From assembly GCA_964401625.1 (NCBI GenBank), contig CAYNYY010000004.1, forward strand, positions 1-40,888: 40,888 bases of DNA, read 5' to 3'. The DNA comes from an uncultured Candidatus Saccharibacteria bacterium. GTDB lineage: Bacteria; Patescibacteriota; Minisyncoccia; Phycocordibacterales; UBA9973. Of the stretch, positions 1-8,619 are shown in pieces. Each line of letters begins with the position of its first letter. Position 1 is the first letter of the stretch. The notes beneath the pieces were generated by a model. The model had not been told where the DNA came from. It saw only the letters and a program-made list of their open reading frames with translations, and made no database searches. The translations under genes were made by a program, and so were the position numbers.

Positions 1-29
1 AAGGTAGCAAGAACCGTTCTTGCTACCTT
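1..29. repeat. Palindromic hairpin element, GGTAGC subtype (copy 1 of 5)
   Basis: AAGGTAGCAAGAAC-C-GTTCTTGCTACCTT has perfect 14-bp arms around one central base. The identical 29-mer recurs at 7808-7836. It lies downstream of tRNA-Leu on the minus strand. Confidence 0.85.
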
Positions 30-70
30 GGGTTGTTAGAAGCTGGATGATTTTTAGATTTTTATTCTAG

Positions 71-152
71 TGCCCGAGGTGGGAATCGAACCCACATCCC
101 TTGCGAGACACGATTTTAAGTCGTGCGCGTATACCAGTTCCGCCACTCGGGC
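71..152 (-). tRNA. tRNA-Leu (anticodon UAA)
   Basis: The reverse complement reads GCCCGAG..CACGA-CTTAAAA-TCGTG..long variable arm..GGGTTCGATTCCCAC-CTCGGGC-A. It has a 7-bp acceptor stem, anticodon TAA and a canonical T arm. No CCA is encoded. Confidence 0.93.
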
Positions 153-251
153 AATTTAAAAATATTTTATATTTTAATATAATTTTCTAATAACCTAATT
201 TAGATAATTACATAATTTTCAAAAATTTACAACTTTTGTTATACTTGTTTC

Positions 252-1691
252 ATGTCTAAACAATATTATACAACAATTGGGTTAGAAATTCATGCTGAAC
301 TTAAGACTCAATCAAAAATGTTTTGCGATTGTATTAATGATTCAGATGAAAAAAATCCCAATACAAATATATGCCCGATTTGTCTTGCCCATCCTGGAAC
401 ATTACCTGTTATAAATAAAAAAGCAGTTGAAAATGTAATTAAAGTTGGGCTAGCCTTAGGAGCTGAAATTGCAGATTTTACAGAATTTGATAGAAAAAAT
501 TATTTTTATCCAGACATACCTAAAGCTTATCAAATTACACAATACAAATTTCCAATTGTATCTGGCGGTGAATTAAATGGAATTAAAATTACCCGAGTTC
601 ATCTAGAAGAAGATACTGCAACGAGTAAACATCATAAAAATGGCTCTTCTAATAAAAGCGGTTATTCTTTAGTAGATTTTAATCGTTCTGGTATTCCTCT
701 AATGGAATTGGTGACGGAACCTGTAATACATAGTAGTAAAGAAGCAGGGGATTTTGGTCGTGAATTACAGATATTACTTCGGTATTTAGAAGTATCTGAA
801 GCAAATATGGAAAAAGGTCAGATGAGAGTAGAGCTTAACATCTCAATTTCAGACGATCTTAAGGAAATGGGAACTAAAGTAGAAGTGAAAAATATAAATT
901 CCTTCAGAGCAATGGAACGTGCAGCAGAATATGAAATAAAGAGAATGACTAATTTATTAGAACAGGGGAAAGGAAAAGAAATCGTACAAGAAACTCGTGG
1001 ATGGGATGAAGTCAAACAATCCACTTTTTCTCAAAGGTCAAAAGAAAATGCTAATGATTATCGTTACTTCCCAGATCCAGATTTACCTAAATTATATTTG
1101 AGTAAAATTTTTGATATTGAAAAAATGAGAAATGAATTACCAGAACTTCCAAAAGATAAAAGGACTCGCTATAAAAAAGATTACGGGATTAAAGACGAAG
1201 ATATTGAAAGTTATATAATTAATCAAGAATTGGCTACATATTTTGAAAAAATTGCCTCCAGTTTATTACCTAATAAGGAGTTGGTCCAAATATCTTCAAA
1301 TTTTATTTCAAATGATTTAATCGGCTCAGGAAGAAAAGTTAATGATTTTATTAAACCAAATTCTTTCATAGATGTAATTAAAATGGTTTTTGATAAAGAA
1401 TTAAGTTCTAGGGCCGCTAAAGATATAATTAATACTGATATGAAATTATTTGGAAATGGTCAAACAATAAGAGAATACGCTGTAAGTAAAAATTTGATTC
1501 AGAATCACGATAAGAGTAAACTAAAAAAGATTGTCCAGAAAACAATTCAAGAAAATCCAGAAATAGTAAAAATTTATGAAGCTGGTAAAGAAAATGTTAT
1601 AATGTCATTGGTTGGTAAAATCATGAAAGAAACAAAAGGTAGTGCTGACCCGATGTTAATTCAAAAATTATTAAAAGAATTATTAAGTTAA
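252..1691 (+). CDS. gatB: Asp-tRNA(Asn)/Glu-tRNA(Gln) amidotransferase subunit B
   Basis: 479-aa ORF with GatB hallmarks: N-terminal GLEIHAEL, the MFCDC..NTNICPICLAHPGTLP zinc-cluster region and a C-terminal GatB/YqeY tail (GKIMKETKGSADP). Confidence 0.95.
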   Translation: MSKQYYTTIGLEIHAELKTQSKMFCDCINDSDEKNPNTNICPICLAHPGTLPVINKKAVENVIKVGLALGAEIADFTEFDRKNYFYPDIPKAYQITQYKFPIVSGGELNGIKITRVHLEEDTATSKHHKNGSSNKSGYSLVDFNRSGIPLMELVTEPVIHSSKEAGDFGRELQILLRYLEVSEANMEKGQMRVELNISISDDLKEMGTKVEVKNINSFRAMERAAEYEIKRMTNLLEQGKGKEIVQETRGWDEVKQSTFSQRSKENANDYRYFPDPDLPKLYLSKIFDIEKMRNELPELPKDKRTRYKKDYGIKDEDIESYIINQELATYFEKIASSLLPNKELVQISSNFISNDLIGSGRKVNDFIKPNSFIDVIKMVFDKELSSRAAKDIINTDMKLFGNGQTIREYAVSKNLIQNHDKSKLKKIVQKTIQENPEIVKIYEAGKENVIMSLVGKIMKETKGSADPMLIQKLLKELLS

Positions 1692-1724
1692 AATTATTTA
1701 TTATTAATTAATCAATATATTATT

Positions 1725-2750
1725 ATGGATAAAACAATTAAAGTAGCTATAAATGGTTTTGGTAGGATAGGTCGTGCATTTTTAAAAATTGCTTGGGATA
1801 GACCTGAGATTGAAATAGTGGCAATCAATGATCTTGGTTCAATTGAGGATTTTTCCTATTTACTTCGCCATGATACAGTTTATCATGATTGGAAGCATAA
1901 AGTAGAAACAACATCAGACAATTTAATAATTGATGGTAAAAAAATTAAATTCATTTCAGAAAGAGATACAACAAAACTTCCATGGAAAGAATTTGAGGTT
2001 GATGTTGTGATTGAATCAACAGGATTATTTACTTCTTACGATAAAGCCAATTTTCACTTAAAACAAGGTGCTAAAAAAGTTGTAATTTCAGCTCCAGCTA
2101 AAGGTGAAAGCGAAACCGACGGGGAAACAATATTACTTGGAGTCAATGAAAATAAATTTGGCACTTGTGATATCACTTCTAATGGATCATGTACAACTAA
2201 TGCATCTAGTCCACTAATTGCAATCTTACATGAATCTATTGGGATAGAAAAAGCTATTCTTAATACTGTTCACGGTTATACTGCTTCTCAATCACTTATA
2301 GATGGACCAAGCAAAAAAAATCTTCGTGCTGGTAGAGCTGCAGCACAAAATATAATACCTGCATCAACCGGAGCTGCTATTGCTGTGACAAAAGCTTTTC
2401 CTGAATTGAAAGGATTATTTGATGGTATTTCTCTTAGAGTTCCAGTTATTGCCGGATCAATTGTTGATATTACATTTGTTGCAAAAAAGAATACAACTAA
2501 AGAGGAAATAAATGACATATTAAAAAAAGCAGCTAAAGATCCGCGATGGGAGAAATTATTTAGCGTGACGGAAGATCATTTAGTCTCATCTGACATATTA
2601 GGAGAAAGCCATGCTTCTATTGCCGATTTGGAAATGACACGTGTAGTAGACGGTAACTTAGTTAAAGTTCTTGGTTGGTATGATAATGAAATGGGATATA
2701 CTTATACTCTAGTAGATCATGTTATTAAAACAGGTCAATCTATAAAATAA
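1725..2750 (+). CDS. gap: Glyceraldehyde-3-phosphate dehydrogenase, type I
   Basis: INGFGRIGR Rossmann motif, catalytic SNGSCTTN, TVHGYT and WYDNEMGY. Confidence 0.95.
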   Translation: MDKTIKVAINGFGRIGRAFLKIAWDRPEIEIVAINDLGSIEDFSYLLRHDTVYHDWKHKVETTSDNLIIDGKKIKFISERDTTKLPWKEFEVDVVIESTGLFTSYDKANFHLKQGAKKVVISAPAKGESETDGETILLGVNENKFGTCDITSNGSCTTNASSPLIAILHESIGIEKAILNTVHGYTASQSLIDGPSKKNLRAGRAAAQNIIPASTGAAIAVTKAFPELKGLFDGISLRVPVIAGSIVDITFVAKKNTTKEEINDILKKAAKDPRWEKLFSVTEDHLVSSDILGESHASIADLEMTRVVDGNLVKVLGWYDNEMGYTYTLVDHVIKTGQSIK

Positions 2751-2777
2751 GAATTCTAAATTCAAGAGTCATAATCT

Positions 2778-3245
2778 ATGAGTATGATTACAATTACAAA
2801 AATCTATATTGGATCTGATCATGCTGGATATGAATTGAAAGAAAAGCTTAAAAAATATATCGGTGATGATCTTAAATTAGAAGTAATAGATAAGGGGGCT
2901 TTTTCTTTAAATGAAGATGATGATTATCCAGATTTTATAGTACCAGTTTCTAAAGAAGTGTCTCAAAATGAAAATGATATGGGGATAATTTTAGGTGGTT
3001 CTGGACAAGGTGAAGCTATCTCTGCTAACAAAATAAAAGGAATAAGAGCTGTAGTTTATTATGGCGGTAATTTCAAAATTGTTGAATTATCTAGAGAACA
3101 TAATAATGCCAATATCTTATCTTTAGGTGCTAGATTTATAAAAGAAGATGAAGCAAAAGAAGCTGTTAAAATTTTCATTGAAACTCCATTCTCAAATGAA
3201 GAACGACATATTAGAAGAATCAATAAAATAGAATCAGAAATATAA
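2778..3245 (+). CDS. rpiB: Ribose-5-phosphate isomerase B
   Basis: IYIGSDHAGYELKEKL N-terminus, GGSGQGEAISANK and typical RpiB/LacAB length. The start could be the second ATG at 2784. Confidence 0.9.
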   Translation: MSMITITKIYIGSDHAGYELKEKLKKYIGDDLKLEVIDKGAFSLNEDDDYPDFIVPVSKEVSQNENDMGIILGGSGQGEAISANKIKGIRAVVYYGGNFKIVELSREHNNANILSLGARFIKEDEAKEAVKIFIETPFSNEERHIRRINKIESEI

Positions 3246-3256
3246 AATATTTAACT

Positions 3257-3946
3257 ATGACAGAAATAATACCAGCAATAATTGCTGAAAATTTCAAAGA
3301 ATTAAATAATAAACTTTCGCACTACATAAGTGCAACTCCTATAGTTCAGATAGATATTTGTGATGGTAAATTCGTTGCACCTATTTCTTGGCCTATGCAT
3401 ACGGATGATGAAAAAAGTATTACTGATATTATAAACGAAGAAGAGGGGATGCCATATTGGGATAAAATAAATTTTGAATTTGATTTAATGGTAAAAAATG
3501 GGCATGAACAATTTGATTTTTTTCTAAGGCTTGGAGCTGAAAGAATAATTTTTCATATTGAAGCAGAGGATAATAAAGATATATTTAAGGAATTTTTAGA
3601 AGGTATTGATATGTATGTCAGAGAAAATGTTAAAATTGGTATAGCCTTAAATACAACTACTCCAATAGATGATCTAAAATTATTTATCCCGAATATTGAT
3701 TTTGTTCAATGTATGGGTATTGAAAAAATAGGTTTTCAGGGTCAAAAATTTGATGAAAGAGTTTTACAACAAATTTCTTCTCTTCGTCAAAAATATCCGA
3801 AATTAGTCATCAGTGTAGATGGAAGTGTTAATAAAAGTACAGCTAAAGCTTTAGTTGAAGCTGGAGCTAATCGTTTAGTTATTGGATCTGCTCTGAATGA
3901 AAGTTATAATTTACAAGATTCAATTGAATTTTTTAGATTATTATAG
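3257..3946 (+). CDS. Ribulose-phosphate 3-epimerase-like TIM-barrel protein (divergent)
   Basis: Aligns by eye to Rpe: VQIDICDGKFV vs VHFDVMDNHYV, EFDLMV vs DVHLMV, IIFHIEA, MGIEKIGFQGQKF, SVDGSV, LVIGSAL. It sits between rpiB and tkt. Confidence 0.7.
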   Translation: MTEIIPAIIAENFKELNNKLSHYISATPIVQIDICDGKFVAPISWPMHTDDEKSITDIINEEEGMPYWDKINFEFDLMVKNGHEQFDFFLRLGAERIIFHIEAEDNKDIFKEFLEGIDMYVRENVKIGIALNTTTPIDDLKLFIPNIDFVQCMGIEKIGFQGQKFDERVLQQISSLRQKYPKLVISVDGSVNKSTAKALVEAGANRLVIGSALNESYNLQDSIEFFRLL

Positions 3947-3978
3947 TTTTCTAATTTTTATTTTGATAGAATATAAAC

Positions 3979-4818
3979 ATGCAACCGTTAACTGAAGAAA
4001 AAATCAAAAAGCTAAAAATTGAAGCAAGAGAAATTCGTAAAAGTATTATCAGAATGCTCTTTGAAGCTGGTTCGGGACATACAGCCGGATCACTTGGTAT
4101 GGCTGATATTTTTACTTTACTTTACTTTCATATACTTATACATAATCCTAAAAAACCAGAATGGCCAGAAAGAGATAGGTTAGTTCTTTCAAATGGCCAT
4201 ATTTGTCCAGTTTTATATGCAACAATGGCTCATTCGGGATATTTCCCAATCAATGAATTGTTAACTTTAAGGAAATTCGGTTCGCGTTTACAAGGTCATC
4301 CTCATCGTAAATTCTTACCATTTTTAGAAACTTCTTCTGGCCCACTTGGTTCGGGCCTTTCTCAGGCTATTGGAATGGCTTTATCATTAAAAATGGATAA
4401 AGATTCAACTAAAACAATTTATTGTTTAATGAGTGATGGAGAACTTGACGAAGGTCAGGTATGGGAAGCAATTATGTTAGCTGGTAAAAATAAATTAGAT
4501 AATTTAATAGTCATTATTGATCGTAATAATATCCAGATAGGCGGTTTTACTGAAGATATTATGCCCCTTAATAATATCATGCATAAATGGAGTTCCTTTA
4601 ATTGGGATGTTCAAGAAGTAGATGGGCATAATTTTAAAGAAATCAATAATGCAATTCAAATAGCTAAAGAAAAAAAAGATAAACCATCTGTCATAATAGC
4701 TCATACAATTCCAGGTTGCGGAGTTTCTATTTTTGAAAATAATTATTATTGGCATGGAGTAGTCCCCAATAAAAAACAAGCTGAAGAAGCTTTATTAGAA
4801 TTAGATAATAATTTTTAA
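3979..4818 (+). CDS. Transketolase, N-terminal (TPP-binding) subunit
   Basis: GSGHTAGSLGMADI, LSNGH, GHP, GPLGSGLSQAIGMA and SDGELDEGQVWEA motifs. The 279-aa half-size protein is followed 3 nt later by the C-terminal half. Confidence 0.93.
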   Translation: MQPLTEEKIKKLKIEAREIRKSIIRMLFEAGSGHTAGSLGMADIFTLLYFHILIHNPKKPEWPERDRLVLSNGHICPVLYATMAHSGYFPINELLTLRKFGSRLQGHPHRKFLPFLETSSGPLGSGLSQAIGMALSLKMDKDSTKTIYCLMSDGELDEGQVWEAIMLAGKNKLDNLIVIIDRNNIQIGGFTEDIMPLNNIMHKWSSFNWDVQEVDGHNFKEINNAIQIAKEKKDKPSVIIAHTIPGCGVSIFENNYYWHGVVPNKKQAEEALLELDNNF

Positions 4819-4821
4819 TTT

Positions 4822-5826
4822 ATGCTTAATCAAAAACTAAAATTAAACCCCAAAATTTTTAATGGCGATGTTGTCAATAAATCTACTCGCCAAGGATTTG
4901 GCAATGGGCTACTTCAGGCTGGTATACAAAATAAAAATATTGTTGGACTTTGCGCTGATTTAAGCGAATCAACTAGGATGAATCTTTTCGCTGAAAAATT
5001 TCCTGAAAGATTTATAGAAGTTGGAGTGGCTGAACAAAATCTAGCTAGTGTTGCTTCTGGAATGGCAGCAATGGGTAAAATTCCATTCATTTCTTCTTTT
5101 GCTATTTTTAGCCCAGGTCGAAACTGGGAACAAATTAGAACAACTATCTGTTATAACAATCGCCCAGTTAAAATAGCTAGTACACATGCAGGACTTTCAG
5201 TTGGAGCTGACGGAGGAAGTCATCAAGCTTTGGAAGACATAGCCCTAACTCGTGTTTTACCTAATATGGTTGTTATTTCCCCGTGTGATTTTATAGAAGC
5301 CAAGAAATCAACCATTGCCATATCTAAAACACCAGAGGCAACATATTTGAGATTAACGCGATTAAAAACTCCAATAATTACTACAGATGACACTCCGTTT
5401 GAAATAGGTAAAGCTAATATCTTATTTGTTCCTGAAATAGGTTTAGCTCAAATTGGAATTATCGCTACCGGTCCAATTATTTATGATACTTTAATGGCTG
5501 CTAAATTCTTAGAAAAAGAAAAGGGTCTTAAAATAAAAGTCATGAATCTTTCTACAATTAAACCGCTTGATAAAGAAGCTATAATTTCTTTAGCTAAAGA
5601 AACGAAAGCAATAGTAACTGTGGAAGATCATCAAATCATTGGAGGAATAGGTAGTGCAGTTGCTGAATGTTTAGCAGAAAATTATCCGACTCTTATTAAC
5701 TTTGTAGGAGTAAAAGATGAATTTGGTCAATCTGGCACAGCTGAAGAACTTTATAAACATTATAAAATAGATACATCGTCTATAATAGAAACTATTATAG
5801 AGACACTAAATAAAAAATCTATCTAA
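4822..5826 (+). CDS. Transketolase, C-terminal (pyrimidine-binding) subunit
   Basis: FIEVGVAEQNLASVASGMA, GADGGSHQALEDIALTRVLPNM and a C-terminal TK domain. Confidence 0.93.
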   Translation: MLNQKLKLNPKIFNGDVVNKSTRQGFGNGLLQAGIQNKNIVGLCADLSESTRMNLFAEKFPERFIEVGVAEQNLASVASGMAAMGKIPFISSFAIFSPGRNWEQIRTTICYNNRPVKIASTHAGLSVGADGGSHQALEDIALTRVLPNMVVISPCDFIEAKKSTIAISKTPEATYLRLTRLKTPIITTDDTPFEIGKANILFVPEIGLAQIGIIATGPIIYDTLMAAKFLEKEKGLKIKVMNLSTIKPLDKEAIISLAKETKAIVTVEDHQIIGGIGSAVAECLAENYPTLINFVGVKDEFGQSGTAEELYKHYKIDTSSIIETIIETLNKKSI

Positions 5827-5840
5827 CAAGATAGGTTTTT
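5813..5840 (+). terminator. Hairpin terminator overlapping the tkt stop codon (possibly bidirectional)
   Basis: AAAAATCTATCT-AACA-AGATAGGTTTTT forms a 12-bp stem with one G-U pair on the plus strand, flanked by A and T tracts. It lies between convergent tkt and the PfkB kinase gene. Confidence 0.55.
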
Positions 5841-5869
5841 CATTTAGTGTCCTGTTCGTTTTTTAATTT

Positions 5870-6862
5870 TTAATTTAATTTACTAGGTTTATAGTTCTCA
5901 GGAGCACTTTTCAAAATTTCTTCTAATTTCTCTCGAGACAAAAGTCCAGCTTGAGCCCCAACTTTCTGAACTACAGACATAGCATTAATCGGCCCCCAAG
6001 TTAAAGCTTCGGGAATAGTTTTTCCTAAAATTAGGGCTGATAAAAAAGTTGAACCAAAAGCATCTCCAGCTCCTGTCCTCTCATATGGATTATGTAAGTA
6101 GACGGGCATAAACCAAGCATCAACTCCATCACTTGCATAAGCCCCGTTCATACCGTCAGTTATAACAGCTATTTTAGGACCAAGACCTCTCATCATACTC
6201 ATAAGTTTAACAATATCATCTTCTTCAGTATTAAGAATTCTTTGAGCTTCTTCTTTATTACTAAGAAAAAGTTCACTCCTTTTGTAAATATTTTTCAATG
6301 CTTCTGCTCCAAGCATTATCTGAAAAGTTCCAGGCTGAAATGCTAATTTTACTTTAGGGTGTTCTGTTAGATATTTTTCTATTTGATGATGATATTCAAT
6401 TGAATTTTTAGCCAAGGAAGAAAGATATATCCATTTAGGTTCTGGTAAGTCCATGGGGAAAGAATATGGATATTCATTATGTTTAACTAAAATAGTTCTT
6501 TCTGTATCATACCAAAGCACAAAATGTTGATTGGAAGTCATTCCAGGAACTATTTCCATATAATCAATATTAACATTATTACTAACTAACGAGGCAGCAT
6601 TTTCTTTACCTATATTATCTTCTCCAAGATATGAAATTAAATAAGAATTAAGACCAAGTCTGGCAGCAGAAACGGCAGCGTTAGGACTATTCCCGACAGC
6701 CCTAAAAACTTCTGCTGATTCGTAGGGTATCTTATCTCCAAAGCGAAGAGAAATCATACAATGTTCTTTATTCAAATCACAAGTCACTTTCGCATCTATA
6801 ATCTTTATAAAAGGTTCAGTGACTATATCACCGACAGCTAAAAAATCAATTTCTTTACTCAT
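5870..6862 (-). CDS. PfkB-family carbohydrate kinase (ribokinase/phosphofructokinase-like)
   Basis: C-terminal TGAGDAFGSTFLSAL anion-hole motif and an overall ribokinase-like length. The substrate cannot be assigned from sequence. Confidence 0.85.
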   Translation of the reverse strand: MSKEIDFLAVGDIVTEPFIKIIDAKVTCDLNKEHCMISLRFGDKIPYESAEVFRAVGNSPNAAVSAARLGLNSYLISYLGEDNIGKENAASLVSNNVNIDYMEIVPGMTSNQHFVLWYDTERTILVKHNEYPYSFPMDLPEPKWIYLSSLAKNSIEYHHQIEKYLTEHPKVKLAFQPGTFQIMLGAEALKNIYKRSELFLSNKEEAQRILNTEEDDIVKLMSMMRGLGPKIAVITDGMNGAYASDGVDAWFMPVYLHNPYERTGAGDAFGSTFLSALILGKTIPEALTWGPINAMSVVQKVGAQAGLLSREKLEEILKSAPENYKPSKLN

Positions 6863-6902
6863 AGTTACTATTATATCATATTATTTGTGATATAATAGTA
6901 AA
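6863..6902. promoter_or_regulatory. Mirror-symmetric divergent promoter with two outward-facing extended -10 boxes
   Basis: A 14-bp perfect inverted repeat, TTACTATTATATCA (6865-6878) and TGATATAATAGTAA (6888-6901). Each arm reads TGaTATAAT outward. The boxes lie 7 nt from the kinase ATG (minus strand) and 6 nt from the fba ATG (plus strand). Confidence 0.65.
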
Positions 6903-7790
6903 ATGAAAAATTTAAGAGAATATATAAAAGAAGCAAGTAATAAGAAAGTAGCTATTGGACATTTTAATGTTTCTAATTTAGAAGCTTTACATGGTATTTA
7001 TAATGCTGTCAAAAAATTATCAATAGAAACAGGAGAAAATATTCCAATTATTATAGGAGTTTCAGAAGGGGAAGAGAAATTTGTTGGTAAAGATGAAATC
7101 TCAGCTTTAGTCAAAGAGATGCGCGAAAAGAATAATTTTCCTATCTTCTTAAACGCTGATCATCATTATAGTTTTGAAAGAGTTAAAAATGCTCTTGATG
7201 CTGGATACAACTCAGCCATTATTGATGCAGTCACATTATCACTGGAAGAGAATATCGTTCTGACAAAAAAATGTGTTGAATATGCAAAAGAATTAAGTAA
7301 AAAAGAAGATAGAGATATTTTAATAGAAGCAGAACTTGGTTTCATAGGTAAATCTTCAAAATTATTAGATGAAATTCCTGAAGGAGTAAGTGAAAAGACA
7401 ATGACAAAATCAGAAGATGCAAAATATTTTGTAGAACAAACTGGAATAGACTTACTTGCTCCTTCGGTTGGAAATATTCATGGAATGGTAAAAGGAGGAA
7501 ATCCAAAATTGGACATAGAAAGGATAAAAAAAATTAGAGAAACTTGTGGTGTTCCACTCGTTTTACATGGTGGTTCAGGAATCTCTGATGAAGATTTTAA
7601 AAAAGCAATTGAAGCTGGAATCTCTATAATTCATATAAATACAGAAATTCGCGTTGCATATAAGGAAGCACTTAAGAAATCACTAGCAGAAAATCCCAAT
7701 GAGGTAGCTCCTTATAGATTTTTAGAAGGAGCAGTTGAAGCCGTAGAAAAAGTTGTAGAACAACGATTAAGACTATTCAATAATTTGTAA
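6903..7790 (+). CDS. fba: Fructose-bisphosphate aldolase, class II
   Basis: HFNVSNLE, LNADHH, LVLHGGSGI and IIHINTE motifs of class II FBA/tagatose-bisphosphate aldolases. Confidence 0.92.
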   Translation: MKNLREYIKEASNKKVAIGHFNVSNLEALHGIYNAVKKLSIETGENIPIIIGVSEGEEKFVGKDEISALVKEMREKNNFPIFLNADHHYSFERVKNALDAGYNSAIIDAVTLSLEENIVLTKKCVEYAKELSKKEDRDILIEAELGFIGKSSKLLDEIPEGVSEKTMTKSEDAKYFVEQTGIDLLAPSVGNIHGMVKGGNPKLDIERIKKIRETCGVPLVLHGGSGISDEDFKKAIEAGISIIHINTEIRVAYKEALKKSLAENPNEVAPYRFLEGAVEAVEKVVEQRLRLFNNL

Positions 7791-7806
7791 AACATTTTAT
7801 TTTCCT

Positions 7807-7837
7807 AAAGGTAGCAAGAACCGTTCTTGCTACCTTT
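7807..7837. repeat. Palindromic hairpin element, GGTAGC subtype (copy 2 of 5); likely fba terminator
   Basis: AAAGGTAGCAAGAAC-C-GTTCTTGCTACCTTT has perfect 15-bp arms and starts 17 nt after the fba stop. Confidence 0.85.
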
Positions 7838-7871
7838 CACTATAAATGCTTGCAAACAAGCATTTATAGTG
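7838..7871. repeat. Second perfect hairpin directly abutting the first
   Basis: CACTATAAATGCTTG-CAAA-CAAGCATTTATAGTG has perfect 15-bp arms. Its right arm ends in the TG of the rplY extended -10 box (TGtTATCAT, 7870-7878). Confidence 0.8.
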
Positions 7872-7885
7872 TTATCATCCAGCCT

Positions 7886-8578
7886 ATGAATACACTAACC
7901 GCAACAAAGCGAAGTAAGTCAGACAAGCTTGTAGATATACGAAATAACGGTATGGTACCAGCTGTTGTCTATGGCGCTCAAGTGGAAAATACAATTATCT
8001 ACGTTTCAAATATCGCTTTTGAAAAAATATATAAAATTGCTGGAGAAACTGGCACAATCATTCTTGAAATAGAAGATCAAAAACTAAAAACTAAAAAGAA
8101 ATTCAATGTTTTAATTCATGAAATACAAGTTCATCCTGTTAGTGAATCACTAGTTCATATAGATTTTCTTGTTGTTGATATGAATAAACTAATTGAAGTT
8201 AGTGTTCCTATTAAATTTGAAGGTACAGCTCCAGCTGAAAAAGATGGTCTCGGTGTTCTTATTAAAGTTCTTCATGAATTTGAAGTTGAAGCTTTGCCTG
8301 GAAATATTCCTAGCCAAATAATTGTAGATCTTTCTCCTTTAATTGAATTAGATTTTCAGATTCATGCAAAAAATATATCTTTACCCAGTGGAGTTAAAAT
8401 GTTAACAGATGAAGATGAAGTAGTTGCTATTATAGCCCCAATTAAAGAAGAAGAAATAGAAGAAAAGGAAGAAGCTCCAGTTGATTTATCTTCTATTGAA
8501 GTTGATAAAAAAGGTAAAAAAGATGAAGAAAAAGATGAAGAAACAGAAGGAACAAAAGCTGAAGTTACTACCACATAG
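7886..8578 (+). CDS. rplY: Ribosomal protein L25 (Ctc form) with acidic C-terminal tail
   Basis: RNNGMVPAVVYG and the L25/Ctc two-domain pattern. I prefer the ATG at 7886 over the track's TTG at 7850, because that TTG lies inside the hairpin and an extended -10 box sits 7 nt upstream of 7886. Confidence 0.88.
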   Translation: MNTLTATKRSKSDKLVDIRNNGMVPAVVYGAQVENTIIYVSNIAFEKIYKIAGETGTIILEIEDQKLKTKKKFNVLIHEIQVHPVSESLVHIDFLVVDMNKLIEVSVPIKFEGTAPAEKDGLGVLIKVLHEFEVEALPGNIPSQIIVDLSPLIELDFQIHAKNISLPSGVKMLTDEDEVVAIIAPIKEEEIEEKEEAPVDLSSIEVDKKGKKDEEKDEETEGTKAEVTTT

Positions 8579-8619
8579 TTATAATATAAAAATAATAAAA
8601 TATGATACAATAAAATAAT

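Noticed and set aside
818-1024. Antisense or alternate-frame ORFs lying inside well-supported genes. Minus strand: 818-1024, 2288-2518, 4504-4779, 8362-8610, 12386-12658, 12448-12648, 12655-13011, 13371-13571, 14147-14497, 14874-15122, 18457-18777, 36538-36735. Plus strand: 15418-15705, 23522-23716, 23738-23947, 24401-24691, 25018-25200, 25806-26024, 26762-27013, 27665-27916, 32736-32942, 33255-33440, 33979-34251, 34450-34668, 36578-36820, 37986-38189, 39941-40138, 40155-40424.
   Set aside because: Each lies entirely within, or largely overlaps, a gene with strong family motifs on the other strand or in another frame. Their translations are low-complexity and lack recognisable motifs. Long spurious ORFs are expected opposite AT-rich coding sequence.
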